From NCBI GenBank assembly GCA_951406725.2, contig OX597821.1:36270001-36334000 (forward strand): DNA of 64,000 nt. Direction: 5' to 3'. Below the pieces are notes generated by a model. That model made no database searches and was not told the DNA's origin. It was given only the letters and a program-made list of their open reading frames with translations. A program made the translations under genes and the position numbers. Below are positions 1 to 14,519 of this stretch, one piece after another; the first letter of the stretch is position 1, and each line of letters begins with the position of its first letter. This DNA comes from Octopus vulgaris (Eukaryota).

Positions 1-374
1 AAACATCTTTTTTTTTTATATTCTAATGTTTTACTTATTTCGTTCTTTGTTTTTCATTTTATTTCCTCTGTCTATATATTTTTGCAGCTTCCATAATCTT
101 ATCTTCTAGTCTTTTACAAATACCAGAATTGCAACCGAGCCTGTCGGATGGTATTCAGTTTGATGAAACGAACGTTCTTTCCTTCAAGTGACCGTTTTTG
201 GTAGTTGTTCCGCCGTTGCTTAAGTGGCTTTCCAACGTCACATAGCAAATGCCCAACATGGAAGAGAAAATAAAAGCATATACCTCAAACTCTCTTTCTT
301 CATAATTTCATATTTCCTCTTTCTATCTTTCGTTCTTCCTCTCGTTCTCTCTTTCTTTCCTTCTTTCTTTAATA

Positions 375-409
<35 letters not shown>

Positions 410-439
410 TAAGTCTTTGTCTCGCTCTTTCTCTTCCTC

Positions 440-730
440 CTTCTGTATATACATACCAACACACACACACGCACACACACACACACGCACGCGCACACAC
501 ACACACACATATGTATGTATACATGTATCTATGTATGTATCAATGTATGTATGTGTGCTTATATATGCATGTTTGCATACATATATTTATGTGAGTGCGT
601 GTATGTGTATGCATATATATGTGTGTGTGTGTTATTTTATGTGTGCGTATGTTGTCTATGCACACACACACACACACATACATATATATACTATATATAT
701 ATATACATATATATATATACATATGTATAT

Positions 731-792
<62 letters not shown>

Positions 793-1030
793 GTATATAT
801 ATTTGTATGCGTGTGCATATATTTATATACATATATACGCATATATTTAAACACACACACATACACATATACCAAAATATAGAAATTTACATATTTACAT
901 ATATACACGCACACGCATAGATTACCATCACACACTCACGCACTAACACACACACACACACATACACACACACACACATACACATACACATACGCACACA
1001 TACACACACATACACACATATATATAAAGA
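440..1030. repeat. Compound (CA)n/(TA)n/(TATG)n microsatellite field
   Basis: Degenerate dinucleotide repeats. They explain the [12 protein letters not shown] pseudo-ORFs in the track. Confidence 0.9.
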
Positions 1031-1305
1031 TACGTGTGAATGTACTTCAAGGGTTCTCGTCATATCCCTTTGGAAACATACTTCTGTGAGCTTCTTCGGT
1101 GTTCTGAAGTACATTGCTGTTACTGCGATGAAGAAGGTTCTTCTAATGGTGATGCCGTTCACGATTCCTACACGAGAGATTTTGTTCCATTCTATGCATA
1201 TCAAATTATCACTCGATTCCCGTCAGGTATATTTATATTTGTTTCCACCTATTTCTTTGGCAGCACATGCGCGCGAACACACACACATGTATAGATCAAT
1301 ATGCA

Positions 1306-1581
<276 letters not shown>

Positions 1582-1585
<4 letters not shown>

Positions 1586-2784
1586 TTAGGGATTATATCC
1601 AAACTAACAGGGAAAAATTAGATTTAGCATTAAATCAAGTTTCACAGTATAAATATAAATTAAATTAGAGATAAAACCACTATTAGGCAACTCAAGCAGT
1701 GATAGACATAAACCAATACATAAAAAATATATATATAATTATAATTAATATAATATATAATATATATATAAAATATAAAATTTAAATTTTTTAATTTTTA
1801 AAATATTAAATTTATATTTTTAAATTTTTAAATTTTTATATATTTTTTTATTAACCAAAAATTATAAAAAAGATAAATATAATATAATAAGTAAAAACTA
1901 CGTACGTTTCATGCCTATAATTAAGTTCGAATTACAATTATGTTTAAATTCAATTGAAAATTCGTAATAAAATTTAGTCAATCTTCAGGTTAGTGATAAT
2001 AGTTAATTAAATAAGCAAATAGAGTTAAGCAAAATTTTTTAAGAAATAAATAAAATAATATTTTTTCTTATAAAAAAAACACTATTATCTAAATTAGAAA
2101 CTTAAAGCATTAGGATTATGTCATATTTTATTTTAAATATTAATTTTTAAGGTAAAAAAATAGATATTTAGATATAATATGGCTATTGAAAAAACATAAA
2201 CTCACGAATACCGTTAACTCAATTATAGTCCAATATCTAATTACGAAATTATTTAACAAAATAATCACTATTCATATTTTTAGATTTAAGTTCACATCTA
2301 ATAATTATAAAATATTTAAAAAAATAACTAAATTATTATAAACAAATATAGTAATTAAAATCTAAAATTTTCTCTATCAATAAATATATAGACATATAAT
2401 GAAAAATAAATAAATTAATTAGTCCATTATTATTTACATAAATATTAAATATTAATATAATATATTCATGAAATACATTAAAAAATTAAAGATTAAAAAT
2501 CAAATTATAAGCCTATAACCTATCTTAAAAGAACCGTATAACTATTTAACGATCTATATATCTCGTTGGCTAAGTAATATCTTACAAATAACGTACAGTT
2601 ATTATGTAATAATTAAGTAATATCTTACAAATAACGTACAGTTATTATGTAATAATTAAATACATATCTTCAACAACTAAGTAATTATAGAATCAAATTA
2701 ACAATCAATAGTTATATAGTATACAATACAATACAATAAAACTTATTAAAATATCTGTAAAAATCTTAAATAGAAAAGATTTAC

Positions 2785-2785
<1 letters not shown>
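1582..2785 (-). mobile_element. AT-rich Penelope-like element 3' end/pLTR remnant between (TAA)n tracts
   Basis: Carries an HHR motif at 1896-1991. Its terminus (aatattagggattatatccaaact...) resembles the reverse complement of 52575-52665. Includes a 43-bp tandem duplication at 2571-2656. Confidence 0.55.
1896..1991 (-). ncRNA. Type-I hammerhead ribozyme motif
   Basis: Minus strand: AAC CTGAAGA T-TGACTA...TAGGCA-T GAAA C-GTAC-G TA| GTT. Canonical core, palindromic helix-III loop, GUA cleavage triplet, 3-bp stem I. Confidence 0.6.
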
Positions 2786-2857
<72 letters not shown>

Positions 2858-2965
2858 TACTATTGAGTGAGAGACCAGTGTATGCCATCAAAGTGACACT
2901 GGGGTAAAATAAACGAAGCCCAGTATATGAATGGATAAATGTATATCTGAGTAGAATTCGTTAGA

Positions 2966-3007
<42 letters not shown>

Positions 3008-3089
3008 CAGCAGCAGCAGCAGCAACAGTAGTAGTAGCAGTAGTAGTAGTAGTAGTAGTAGCAGCAGCAGCAGCTGTAGTAGTAGTAGT

Positions 3090-3124
<35 letters not shown>

Positions 3125-3239
3125 TAGTTTTAGTAGTAGTAGTAGTTTTAGTAGCAGCAGCAGTAGTAGTAGTAGTAGTAGTAGTAGCAGTAGTAGTAGT
3201 AGTAGTAGTAGCAGCAGCAGTAGTAGTAGCAGCAGCAAC

Positions 3240-3270
<31 letters not shown>
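2786..3270. repeat. (TTA)n and (TAG/CAG)n trinucleotide arrays, with a short fragment of the TAA-associated repeat at 2863-2928
   Basis: Visible repeats. 2863-2928 matches the start of 62063-62620. Confidence 0.9.
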
Positions 3271-3271
<1 letters not shown>

Positions 3272-4065
3272 AATGAAGAGGTGTGGTGTATACATTGTAA
3301 GAGAGGAAAGGAGTGAGAGAGCACGTATTGACAGTACATGTATTCGTCAATGGTAGCTGCGAGACAATGTCGTCAGTGTGACTATCAACGCCATGCAGTC
3401 TTGACCTCTGCAAATAACTCTATTCACTTTAACATTTTACATTCAAACACAAAACCAAAATAGGAGCCTCTGCTTAGTTACTCGAATTGCAAGAAATAGC
3501 AGCATACTAGTTTTAAGTTACATCTTTCTTTCATGGATAACATGTTTTTGTGTACATTTTGCTTAAGAAAAAGAGAGATGGTCACAAACGAAATGCTTTT
3601 CATCATAGATTCTTTCGGTGAAGAGTGACTTGTGGGAAAATAATAACGATATTCAAACAAATTCCAACTGTCTAACAGAACAAGACTTAAGCATCTAACA
3701 ATTCTCTTTTGTTTATATTATAAATAATTTTCGTACTACATAAGGCGCTAACTCAATAAACATTAAGAGAAAATTAATAAATTGCCAACTATTCTGCCAT
3801 ATTAATAATAACACTGTATAACGCAATTTTTGTCCTTGGTTAGCAGTTGTTATTTCCTATTTACTTACCTCTAGAACGTATTTTAAAAATGGCTAATATC
3901 TCCTCCAAACTATTATTTTCCCCCAATTATTCCTGCTTCTGATCAGAGATGCACATGTTGTCGGCCATTAAGGGAAATGTTCAAGTGGTTGAGGCCAAGC
4001 AACTGACAAGCAAGTTTGCTGTACTGAGCAGAATATTTGTCATAACAATATTTCTGCGCCAGGGA

Positions 4066-4283
4066 GGCGGTGAGCTGGCAGAAACGTTAGCAATGCCGGG
4101 CAAAATGCTTAACAGTATTTCGTCTGTCTTCACGTTCTGACTTCAAATTCCGCCGAGGTCGACTTTGCCTTTCATCCTTTCGGGGTCGATAAATTAAGCA
4201 CCAGTTGTGTACTGGAGTCGATCTAATCGACTGGCCCCCTCCCCCCAAATTTCGGGCCTTCTGCCTAAAGTAGAAAAGAATAT
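4066..4283 (+). mobile_element. SINE family A (GGCGGCGAGCTGGCAG head; CCTTTCATCCTTTCGGGGTCGATAAA core)
   Basis: More than 10 related copies in the window. B-box-like (G)TTCAAATTCC and a conserved central domain. Confidence 0.85.
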
Positions 4284-4456
4284 TTCTGCCTCAGCAACTC
4301 AGCGCCGAACCGGTCTGAAATGTTATAGAAAATATGTAAGTTTCAAAACATTGACGCCCAGGTCCCAAAAGCAAAGTATGCTGCATAATACCGGATTATG
4401 CTATCTTTAAGGCCGAGAAACAACACAAACTCAACTGTTTGAGAAAATTTATTTTC

Positions 4457-4968
4457 TATTAGCAATCCGTGCGGACTTTTACGATGGCTCCTGCGCGGCC
4501 CCAAACTAAAGAGAGCTAAATAGCATAACTATGATACGTCTATAATGATTATATGCCTCGGTGGTGCTTGGTCAGAGGTGAAGGGTGAGAATTAATTCTT
4601 TAATACAATCATTGTATTGTTCCAGTCCCAAGTTGAATTCCAGTTGTTGGCCAATTTGTCCCAAAGTTCTTATCTCGACGTAAAAGTAACGAAGCAAATG
4701 TCATTTATTTCCCTCTCGATCTCTGACGTCATCTGTCAAACGCTACCAAACTGGTGTGAATCAGCCAAGCTCTACCTGCTAGAAATAGCAAGCCAAATGC
4801 TTTTGAATCAGATCCCAATGCTGGATGTTCAAGAACCAAACGAAGGGCAAATTTTCAATGCCTTGATCATCATGATTCTACAAAGGTATTTGTCTATGTA
4901 GAGCAGATATAGACTCAGATACATGGGTCTCAGGCGGACAGACAGAATTTCACTTTTATTATTATAGA
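4457..4968 (-). mobile_element. Possible non-autonomous Helitron
   Basis: Minus-strand 5' end A|TCTATAATAATAAAAGTGAAATTCTGTCTGTCCG resembles the other Helitron 5' ends here. The 3' hairpin/CTAG end is degenerate. Confidence 0.35.
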
Positions 4969-5624
4969 TATAGTAAATGAAAGATTTTGAGTGAATATCA
5001 CAGCAACAGAAGTGAAGCTGACATTTTTAAAAGTAGGAGCTTTAAAAATCGTTACATGGATCATAAATTCTCCTTTGGAGAAATGTAAAGAGAAATGTTT
5101 GGCCATTATCCAGTTACCCGTGCTAAGAACGAGGTATTGTTATACGTCATTGAACATAGCATGCTATACATATATTAACAAAATAATGCAAAATATGTAA
5201 AGGCTGAGAATCACCAGATAATTAAAGAAGATATAAACAGAACGAGGGAAAATAGTAACAGAAGTATAGATGTTGGGAATAAAGTCAATACAACATACAC
5301 CGAATTGAACTCCTAGATATTTACAGTACACTGATCTCTGTTCTTTAACGCCGATGCCAATGTAGCTGTTAGTGTTGCAAATATTTCTTTGTTGGTGCAT
5401 CAAGGATCGTATACAAAGCAAAAGTTTGCAACAGTACAATCTAGTCCTTACATGCTGCTGAACTCAAGCGCGAAAGCAATTAAAAGGAGCTTTTCTTTGT
5501 TTATTTTTCAAATGTCATCCAAAAGATTGTAGTTTATTTCGGAATGAAAATTAAAGAAATGGGGAAATAGTCAAGGTTAAATGTAATAGGGAACTATTTA
5601 AAATATATACCCGATATAATACCT

Positions 5625-5856
5625 ATTTCTTTATTACCCACAAGGGGCTAAACATAGAGGGGACAAACAAGGACAGACATAGGTATTAAGTCGATTACAT
5701 CGACCCCAGTTCGTAACTGGTACTTAATTTATCGACCCCGAAAGGATGAAAGGCAAAGTCGACCTCGGCGGAATTTGAACTCAGAACGTAGCGCCAGACG
5801 AAATACCGCTAAGCATTTCGTCCGGCGTGCTAACGTTTCTGCCAGCTCGCCGCCTT
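5625..5856 (-). mobile_element. SINE family A, full length, with Tx1-like LINE-type tail
   Basis: 13-bp target-site duplication CGATATAATACCT at 5612-5624 and 5860-5872. Confidence 0.9.
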
Positions 5857-5896
5857 ACACGATATAATACCTTGCATACTCTGATCGTAATTTTGA

Positions 5897-6065
5897 TTTC
5901 AAATTTTGGCACAAGGCCAAAGATGGTAAGTCAATTACATTGACCAAGTGCTCGACTCGTACTTATTTTATCGGCCTCGAAAAGATAAAAGGCAAAGTTA
6001 ACTTTGGTGGAATTTGAACTCAGAGCATAAAGACGGATGAAATGCCGCTAAGCATTTTGCCTGGC
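5897..6065 (-). mobile_element. SINE family A, diverged partial copy
   Basis: Similar to 4066-4283 in reverse complement. Confidence 0.75.
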
Positions 6066-6267
6066 ATTTTACTCTGATCACGATATCAAATGTAAAATAT
6101 AATATATACCTTCATGTATGTGTATGCATATATAAGTGTGGGTAAAAGCAGAACGTATTTCAGTTAGTTGAAATTACCAACTCATTGTAATTTATTTTAT
6201 TCTAGCTGAACAGACAAAAACCATTTGTACTATTTATATGAGTTTTATGCAAAACCAGCGCAACACT

Positions 6268-6319
<52 letters not shown>

Positions 6320-6702
6320 TATACAGATCGCTTTTAAAATTTAAAACATAGGGAGTCCAACAGGTTTATTCTACCAAGTTTCACAGAGAAGGCCTAGTAC
6401 GCTCGTGAGTCACACTCGCATGGTGAGTTTCTTAATTGCGAATTAAATGCCTTGACAATTCGACTATGCTGGCGCACACGTGCATCGTATATGCATACGC
6501 ATGTGTGTGTATGCAGGTATGTATTTGTGTGTCATATTCATACATATATATACATACACACAAACCTATATATATATGTATATATATATGAACCAACTTC
6601 GCAGCAGGAGGTCAGGTGAGAGCAGCTGCAACAAACTCTCTCATGCACCAAATGTCAATTGCTAAAAAGCATTCGTGAAGTAAAATTTTGTAGCAACACC
6701 AA

Positions 6703-6762
6703 ATGGCGGTGCCCCAGCATGGCTACAGCTCGTGAGCTGAAACTAGATGAAATAAAAAAAAA
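6703..6762 (+). mobile_element. 5'-truncated retroposon tail (GGCGGTGCCCCAGCATGGC-hairpin-GAAAC)
   Basis: Near-identical copy at 53182-53245. Related to the 3' end of SINE family B. Confidence 0.7.
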
Positions 6763-6834
6763 AATGTGTGTGTGCATATATATATTTATATATATATATT
6801 TACATACATACATATATATATATTTACAGGTGTA

Positions 6835-6876
<42 letters not shown>

Positions 6877-6932
6877 TACATAGATACATACAAACACATA
6901 CATACACATAGATAGATAGATAGATAGATAGC

Positions 6933-7024
<92 letters not shown>

Positions 7025-8127
7025 CATAGTCATACCCACATACATACAAAAATATATCTAATCATACACCTATACATGCTACAGTTCTAATACTGCACTC
7101 ACTATCACAGTCAAACTGACACATCACTGACACTTTAATACCAACCTGTTGTTAAGGTCTCTATACGAGATCCTACCCTGTCTTAAAGACGTCTCATTAG
7201 CTTTTTTTGCCGTCGTATCGTTGTAACTTACGCTGTAACAGCTTGTGAATCGCTTAAACCACAAATCTTTCAACCGAAACATCAACCATTTATTTGTCAC
7301 TCATCTGCGTCTGCCACATACACATACATGTGTATGTCTGTGATTGTGTATGTACGTACTTGCTTATGTTTAAAAGTATATGTATATATTAGTGGATCTT
7401 CAAAAGAACAGTCCATCAAAAACCCATTTCGGCACTTCATATATTATATTTCACTAATTGTATACTAGGTTTAGCTAACACACACTCTCTGTCTCTCTCT
7501 CTCTCACACACACACACACATACACACATACATACACGCATACTCACACACTCATTCACACATACGTACATGCATATATATATATATATATACACACACA
7601 AAACATATATAGATAGATACATACGCACTCATACATACATACACAAACACATACGCACAGGCACTCACATGCGCGCACACGTCTTAAATATATTTGTATG
7701 CAAAAATATATATACATACAGACACACACATATGCATACGCGTAAATATATATACATTCGTACATATCGACATAATTTGTGTGTGTGTATATGTGTGTGT
7801 ATGTGTGTGTGCGTGTGTGTGTGTTTGTGTGAGTGTGTGTATGTGTGTGTTTGAGTGTGTGTGTGTGTTTGTGTGAGTGTGTATGTGTGTGTGTTTGAGC
7901 GTGTGTGTGTTTAGCCCAACTTCCCATGGTCGAATCAACAACCTTAGACGACCACCCTTTGTTAACTAACTCTGTCCATAAATGTTTTGAAGAACACTTT
8001 TACCTCTTCTTTTACTTGATCACTCGTTTATATGTTCTTTTAACTTGCAGGGTTTGTGTATAGGGTGCGTATTTGCGGGCAGGGTGGCGGATATTTTATT
8101 CGTCTCTTTTCACCTGCACACAAATCG

Positions 8128-8179
<52 letters not shown>

Positions 8180-8483
8180 ATCATCAAATAATAATAATGA
8201 TAAGGTGAACATCTCCTCCTCCTACTGTTCCCAAAGACTGGAATATCTACAATTTCCTGTGAATAATTTAAATCTCCCTCAAAATAATTTAGGTAACTTA
8301 CATACCTACAGCATTCTAACACACAAACGATCAGTTTTTAAAAAAAAGAACTTTAATATCTACAACTTCTGTGAATACCTATCCTTTCCTTTCTCCCTGA
8401 GTATTCGAAAATGTAAACATACCTTTTATCGCAACAACACAGTTGAATTCAGAAAATCAAAACATTCAACGACGTGAATATCA

Positions 8484-8528
<45 letters not shown>

Positions 8529-8650
8529 TAAAAGGAATTCCAACCTTGTCTGATTTTCACGTTTTATTTACAATCTTATAATGATATAATATAATATAAT
8601 AAAATAAAATAAAATAATAGAATAATAGAATGTTAAATGTTCATTCTGAT

Positions 8651-8695
8651 TGAACTAGTACTTTCATGCATTAAATTCTGCAATCTTCAGGTTCA
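8651..8695 (-). ncRNA. Minimal type-I hammerhead motif (left arm of palindrome)
   Basis: TGAAC CTGAAGA T-TGCA gaatttaa TGCA-T GAAA GTAC TA| GTTCA. 5-bp stem I, palindromic AGTACT helix III. Confidence 0.75.
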
Positions 8696-8772
8696 TGTAG
8701 TAGTGGTGACAGTCATGCTTCACAATTTTTGACTGTCAAAAATTGTGAAGCATGACTGTCACCACTACTACA

Positions 8773-8817
8773 TGAACCTGAAGATTGCAGAATTTAAAGC
8801 ATGAAAGTACTAGTTCA
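8773..8817 (+). ncRNA. Minimal type-I hammerhead motif (right arm of palindrome)
   Basis: TGAAC CTGAAGA TTGC...GCAT GAAA GTAC TA| GTTCA. Confidence 0.75.
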
Positions 8818-9010
8818 ATCAGAATGAACATTTAACATTCTATTATTCTATTATTTTATTTTATTTTATTATATTATATTATATTATCTTATATCATTAT
8901 AAGATTGTAAATAAAACGTGAAAATCAGACAAGGTTGGAATTCCTTTTATTAATATATTCTTCTATACACAATCACACACACCCGTATATATATATATGT
9001 ATATATATAT

Positions 9011-10005
<995 letters not shown>

Positions 10006-10160
10006 ATATGTATTATTGTTTACTTTTACAATAATTACAAATAGAACATGTTGAATTGCTTCTTCTCAAGGCCAAGGACCGCCCTCTCAGTGGTCACTGT
10101 TAGTGGTAAACGCATTTGACCTCTGCTGACCCAAAAGGTGCAAAGATTCTTTAGTCTCTA

Positions 10161-10548
10161 CGGCTGACCACTCTACCAACTGCCGAATCTATTTATAGAC
10201 CTGTAGAATTCGATCTATTCGCCAAGCTGCTACTCCCCCAAATATTTCTTTCAACAACTAAATATTTATGACTATCTCAAGAACAAAACAAAAGTTGAAA
10301 ATAAAGAACATTTAACAAAATATTTTAACAATAAATGGAATTACTAATAATGATATTAACAGTGGTAGTGGTGGTGATGGTGATTGTGAGGAAAATAACA
10401 GTAATGATAATATGATGCAGCTTCTAATACTACAAATATTACAACTACTACTATTCTGATAGCACTGGAATCTGAGGCCCAAACAATAATACCAGTGCTA
10501 TCAGTGATGATGATAACAACAATAATAATAATAATAATAATAATAATG

Positions 10549-10588
<40 letters not shown>

Positions 10589-10599
10589 TGATGATGATG

Positions 10600-10663
<64 letters not shown>

Positions 10664-11571
10664 TGATGATGATGATGATGATGATGAAAGGAGCAGGTGG
10701 AGTCTCCCCATGTCCTTATTAATGATACATCTAGTGAAGGTGTCAATAAAAACACTGGTAATTACGCAACCTGATAACCGCTACCTCATACGAGTGACAA
10801 TGAATAAACAAAATAATTGTGAATAACAATATGCATAAAGAATTTAAGCGCTCTTCAGTCATGGTAGACAGAAATTTATTCTTAACAGAGGAAAGCTTTG
10901 AGGAACTCCTTTCTGCTTTACAGCTCGTAATAGGCATTGTCAAGTACAGTTTATGTGCAGTGGTAGTATTAGGGGACACTGCAATTAATTGCTCCTCATA
11001 AATAAGCTGAAGAACTTCTGTGCATTGAATTTTAGAAGGTGTGTTTTCTTCTGTGTTCCGGGATTTCCTAAGGTGTAAATACTCTTTGAACTGATAACAT
11101 TCATTTATTAATTCGTGGTCAATATCGTCTTTGTAATGCGATATTATAAGTTTGATACTGTACTCACCAAATTCTGAATTGTTCATCAATTCTGAGAAAA
11201 AGCTTTTCGCAATCTGCCCATATGGGTCCATCCTCTTGCTTGACTGAATTATCAAGCAGTCATAGACTTGATTTAGAACATCTATCCTAAATTTTTCAGC
11301 CTCTTTCAAAGAAGCCCTGTCACCTGTTCCATCTGCAAATGTCTTTGTATTAGGTCGTCAAGTATGAATTTTGTAGTAAGGTATATGGTAAACTTAGCTA
11401 CTCATTTTGCGCCACTATTTTATTTTGAAAATCTTTATTTTTTTGTTAGAAAGCTGACACATCTATTTCTTTTTTCTAAGAAAGAAATATTTGGGGGAGT
11501 AGCAGCTTGGTGAATAGATCAAATTCTACAGGTCTATAAATAGATTCGGCAGCTGGTGGAGTGGTCAGCCG
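10161..11571. mobile_element. Composite TIR element with ~92-bp inverted termini and TA flanks
   Basis: 10161-10252 is the reverse complement of 11480-11571 with a few mismatches. TA at 10159-60 and 11572-73. Confidence 0.6.
10743..11340 (-). pseudogene. hAT transposase C-terminal (dimerization domain) fragment
   Basis: ORF motif LYLTMPITSCKAERSSSKLSSVKNKFLSTMTEERLNSL matches the hATC consensus (P.TS..AERSFS.L..IK..LRSTM...RL). Confidence 0.85.
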
Positions 11572-11739
11572 TAATTTTGCGCTTTATAAATCATTTTTTT
11601 CTGTCGGAAATCGGTCCAGTTTTGAAATATGAATTCTCTCTTGAAAATACATCATCACAGACAACCCATAGTAGAAAAGAAGTTTACAGGTAGTGTTAGA
11701 TATGCTCTCGAAAGACATTTCCGTGTTAGACCGAAGAGA

Positions 11740-12935
11740 AGAGGGAGCTTAAAAGCAAACAAAAATATATGGCACTGAACAGGAAGTATGATATTGAAAG
11801 AAAAGGCTTTAAACAGCGCCTCGTTGCAAAGAAAGCAAAGATGGTAAGATACGACCAAAGAATGGAGGGATGCCACCAGAATAGATTATTCAGAGTAGAT
11901 CAAAAGAGATTCCACAAAGAAATAAATGAAGAGTGTAAAGATGAAAAGTTGATACCAGATAACATTGAAAGTCAAAGGTTTTGGAGTGACGTCTGGAGTA
12001 AAGACAAGGAGCACAAGAAGGATGTTGAATGTTTACAAGAACTGAAACAAACAGAAATCTGCCAAAACTGGCAGAGCTAGTCATTTCAGTTAGGGAAGTG
12101 AAGAAATCAGCAAAAAACAAAAAAGTGCTACTGGAAGGCCCCGGGACCAGACGGAGTTCAAGGCTACTGGATCAAAAGATTTGGTGAATGTCATACACCA
12201 ATATCTGCACAACTCAACACTTTGTTAAATGCCGACCAAGTTACATCAGAGAGGTTTACAATGGGTAGGACAGGGCTGTACTTGAAAAAATAAGACATCG
12301 AAAGTGACCATACGGTAGGCAATTACAGACCGATACACTGCCCACTAGCCCAGAAAGAATATAAGAGACGTCATGATAACATAGCAAGCATTGTCCAGTG
12401 GACACTTTGCAAGAAGTATGGACTTGACAGAGCAAAAAAGTACCACGAGCATAAACCCGAAGGCATCATCGAAAATGATAATGCAAAGATCCTATGGAAG
12501 TTTATTATTCAGTGCGACCATGAGATAGAAAATAGGAAATCAGACATAGTGTTATTTGAGAATGAAAGCAAACGATGCTGAATCATAGACATAGCATACC
12601 CAACTGACAACAAGGTATGCGATAAGTAAGAAAGAAAAGTTGATAGATATGACAGGTTAGCTTGGAGGATAAGCAGTTGTGGTCGCTGAAAAAGGTGGTA
12701 GTAGTGCCAATAATTGTCGAAGCCCAGGAAACAGTGAGTAAAAATGTTGAGAAGTACATGGAACAAATAGGAACTGCAATAAGAATGGAGTACTTGCAGA
12801 AAACAGCACTGCTTGGAACCGCACGAATACTCCGGATGATGCTCGAAAAATTAGGAGTGTTACCTTAATTCACTGGTAGTGAACAGCTGACACCGTAGTA
12901 CATCTCCAGCGTTAGTAGATGTGCAAAGACAATAA
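11740..12935 (+). mobile_element. R4/Dong-clade non-LTR retrotransposon, internally deleted, ending in (TAA)n
   Basis: Motifs KAPGPDG, GNYRPI, RRHD, KSDIV and LQKTALLGTARILR. The RT core is missing (jump near 12340). Many stops. Confidence 0.85.
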
Positions 12936-12984
<49 letters not shown>

Positions 12985-13299
12985 GTGTTGAGAGGGATTT
13001 TTTGGGTTTGAGTAGTTCACCTCTGGAAACATGGGTGGTTCTTTCAACATCCTTAAACAACCCTTATTCAGGGACCGTTTGAGCGGGATGGGCTACTCAA
13101 CCTGAAGAAAATTCTAACTGGGCCCCACCTGCAAGGTCATGTGCTGTTTATCTTGATATGAGATCACCATGTCGCGCACATATAGTTGTGATGCATGTGC
13201 CTGGTGTACCTTTATCAGACGGGTAGTCATGATGGGTATATTGGGCTGGGTATATTTTACCCCAGTGTCACTTTGATGGCATGAACTGCTCTCTCACTC

Positions 13300-13300
<1 letters not shown>
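12985..13300 (+). mobile_element. TAA-associated interspersed repeat (partial copy)
   Basis: Reverse complement of 62063-62380 at high identity. Both ends abut (TAA)n. Confidence 0.8.
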
Positions 13301-13392
<92 letters not shown>

Positions 13393-14214
13393 AAGAAGAA
13401 GAAGAAGAAGAAGAAGAAGAAGAAGAAGAAGAAGAAGAAGAAGAAGAAATACCTGCATTGTCATAAGATTTATCTCAATGTACACACGTGGCTTAGGGAA
13501 AAACAAAACACACAGAAACAACCTTTCGGTGCAGACAAAACAGTTGAACACCATGGGTATCATTATACACAACAATACCTTGTAACAGATGCTGTTATTA
13601 ATTCATACACGTGCTGTTGTTGAAAAAGAAATAGAAGAGATCTCAAAAATATGCTGAATGAAAAGTAGAAATAACAGCAGCAGAAGTGAAAATTGTACCA
13701 TCAAAAACTGATGAACATAATTGCTGGCATGCATGTGCTCCAAAATCTTTTCTCACAACAGAATATATTCCTCAAAACTTTCGGTGTGAGGCCTTTTGAT
13801 AAGGCTTGGTAGCTTGGAGAAAAAAATGAAAATAAGTTTTTCTATTCATGCTGTGCAATGAAATAATAAATCTGATATCTTTTTCATTTCAAGTCTTGTT
13901 CCTTGGTCCACTATTAAGGAACAAGACTTGAAATTTAAGGAATGGTAAATCCCATATTTGACTGATGGTATATTTTACCGACCCTTGAAGAATGAATACG
14001 GGCGAGTGATGAGTGCTGACGTAACAATTGATGATATATAGTCGAGTGTGGCTACTATAGGCATACAAGTGCTCATAATGCTGTAAGATCACAAACCATT
14101 ACAGACACAAGTTATGTAGAGATGACCATTGTATATACGCACACAGACACATGCATACATCGTCGTATACACACACACACACACGTGTGTGTGTGTGTTA
14201 TGGACTTTCAAAGA

Positions 14215-14497
14215 CGACAACGTATGAATGCTCAGCCTTTACTGAACGACCTGTGCAGATGATTTGTGTAGAGTGATCAAATGTATGTGCTGTACACTAG
14301 CTCCCCTCCCTCCATCAATTCGATGTTACCTGAACAGGTGCATGGTGTACCACACGTTAGATGTGAAAGTGATCGCAGAGCAACGAGAGACGAAGTATTT
14401 TGCTCAAGAACACAACACACCACTCGGTCAAGAAATTAAAACCACGATCTTGCGATCGCAAGTGAAACGCCCTAACCACTCTGCCATGCGCCCTCCC
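14215..14497 (-). mobile_element. tRNA-derived SINE, diverged
   Basis: Minus-strand head GGGCGCATGGCAGAGTGGTTAGGGCG (A box), followed by a CORE-like GTGTTCTTGAGCAA segment. Confidence 0.65.
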
Positions 14498-14519
14498 TAT
14501 ATATATATATATATATATA

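Larger units (their letters stand above)
8519..8958. repeat. ~440-bp near-perfect palindrome (inverted PLE ends) next to a (TA)n tract
   Basis: Arms of about 215 bp, symmetric about T8734 (TTTTTGAC-T-GTCAAAAA). They differ only by a small indel and about one substitution. Confidence 0.95.

Noticed and set aside
1040-1226. Putative coding exon ending at CAG|GTATAT
   Set aside because: Several frames are open, but there is no recognisable protein and no clear acceptor.
1700-2785. Mitochondrial insertion (NUMT), suggested by extreme AT content
   Set aside because: No mitochondrial gene, rRNA or tRNA is recognisable. The HHR and terminal motif fit a PLE end better.
10456-10504. 13-bp hairpin CTGATAGCACTGG/CCAGTGCTATCAG as a pre-miRNA
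   Set aside because: The stem is too short and no known mature sequence is recognised.
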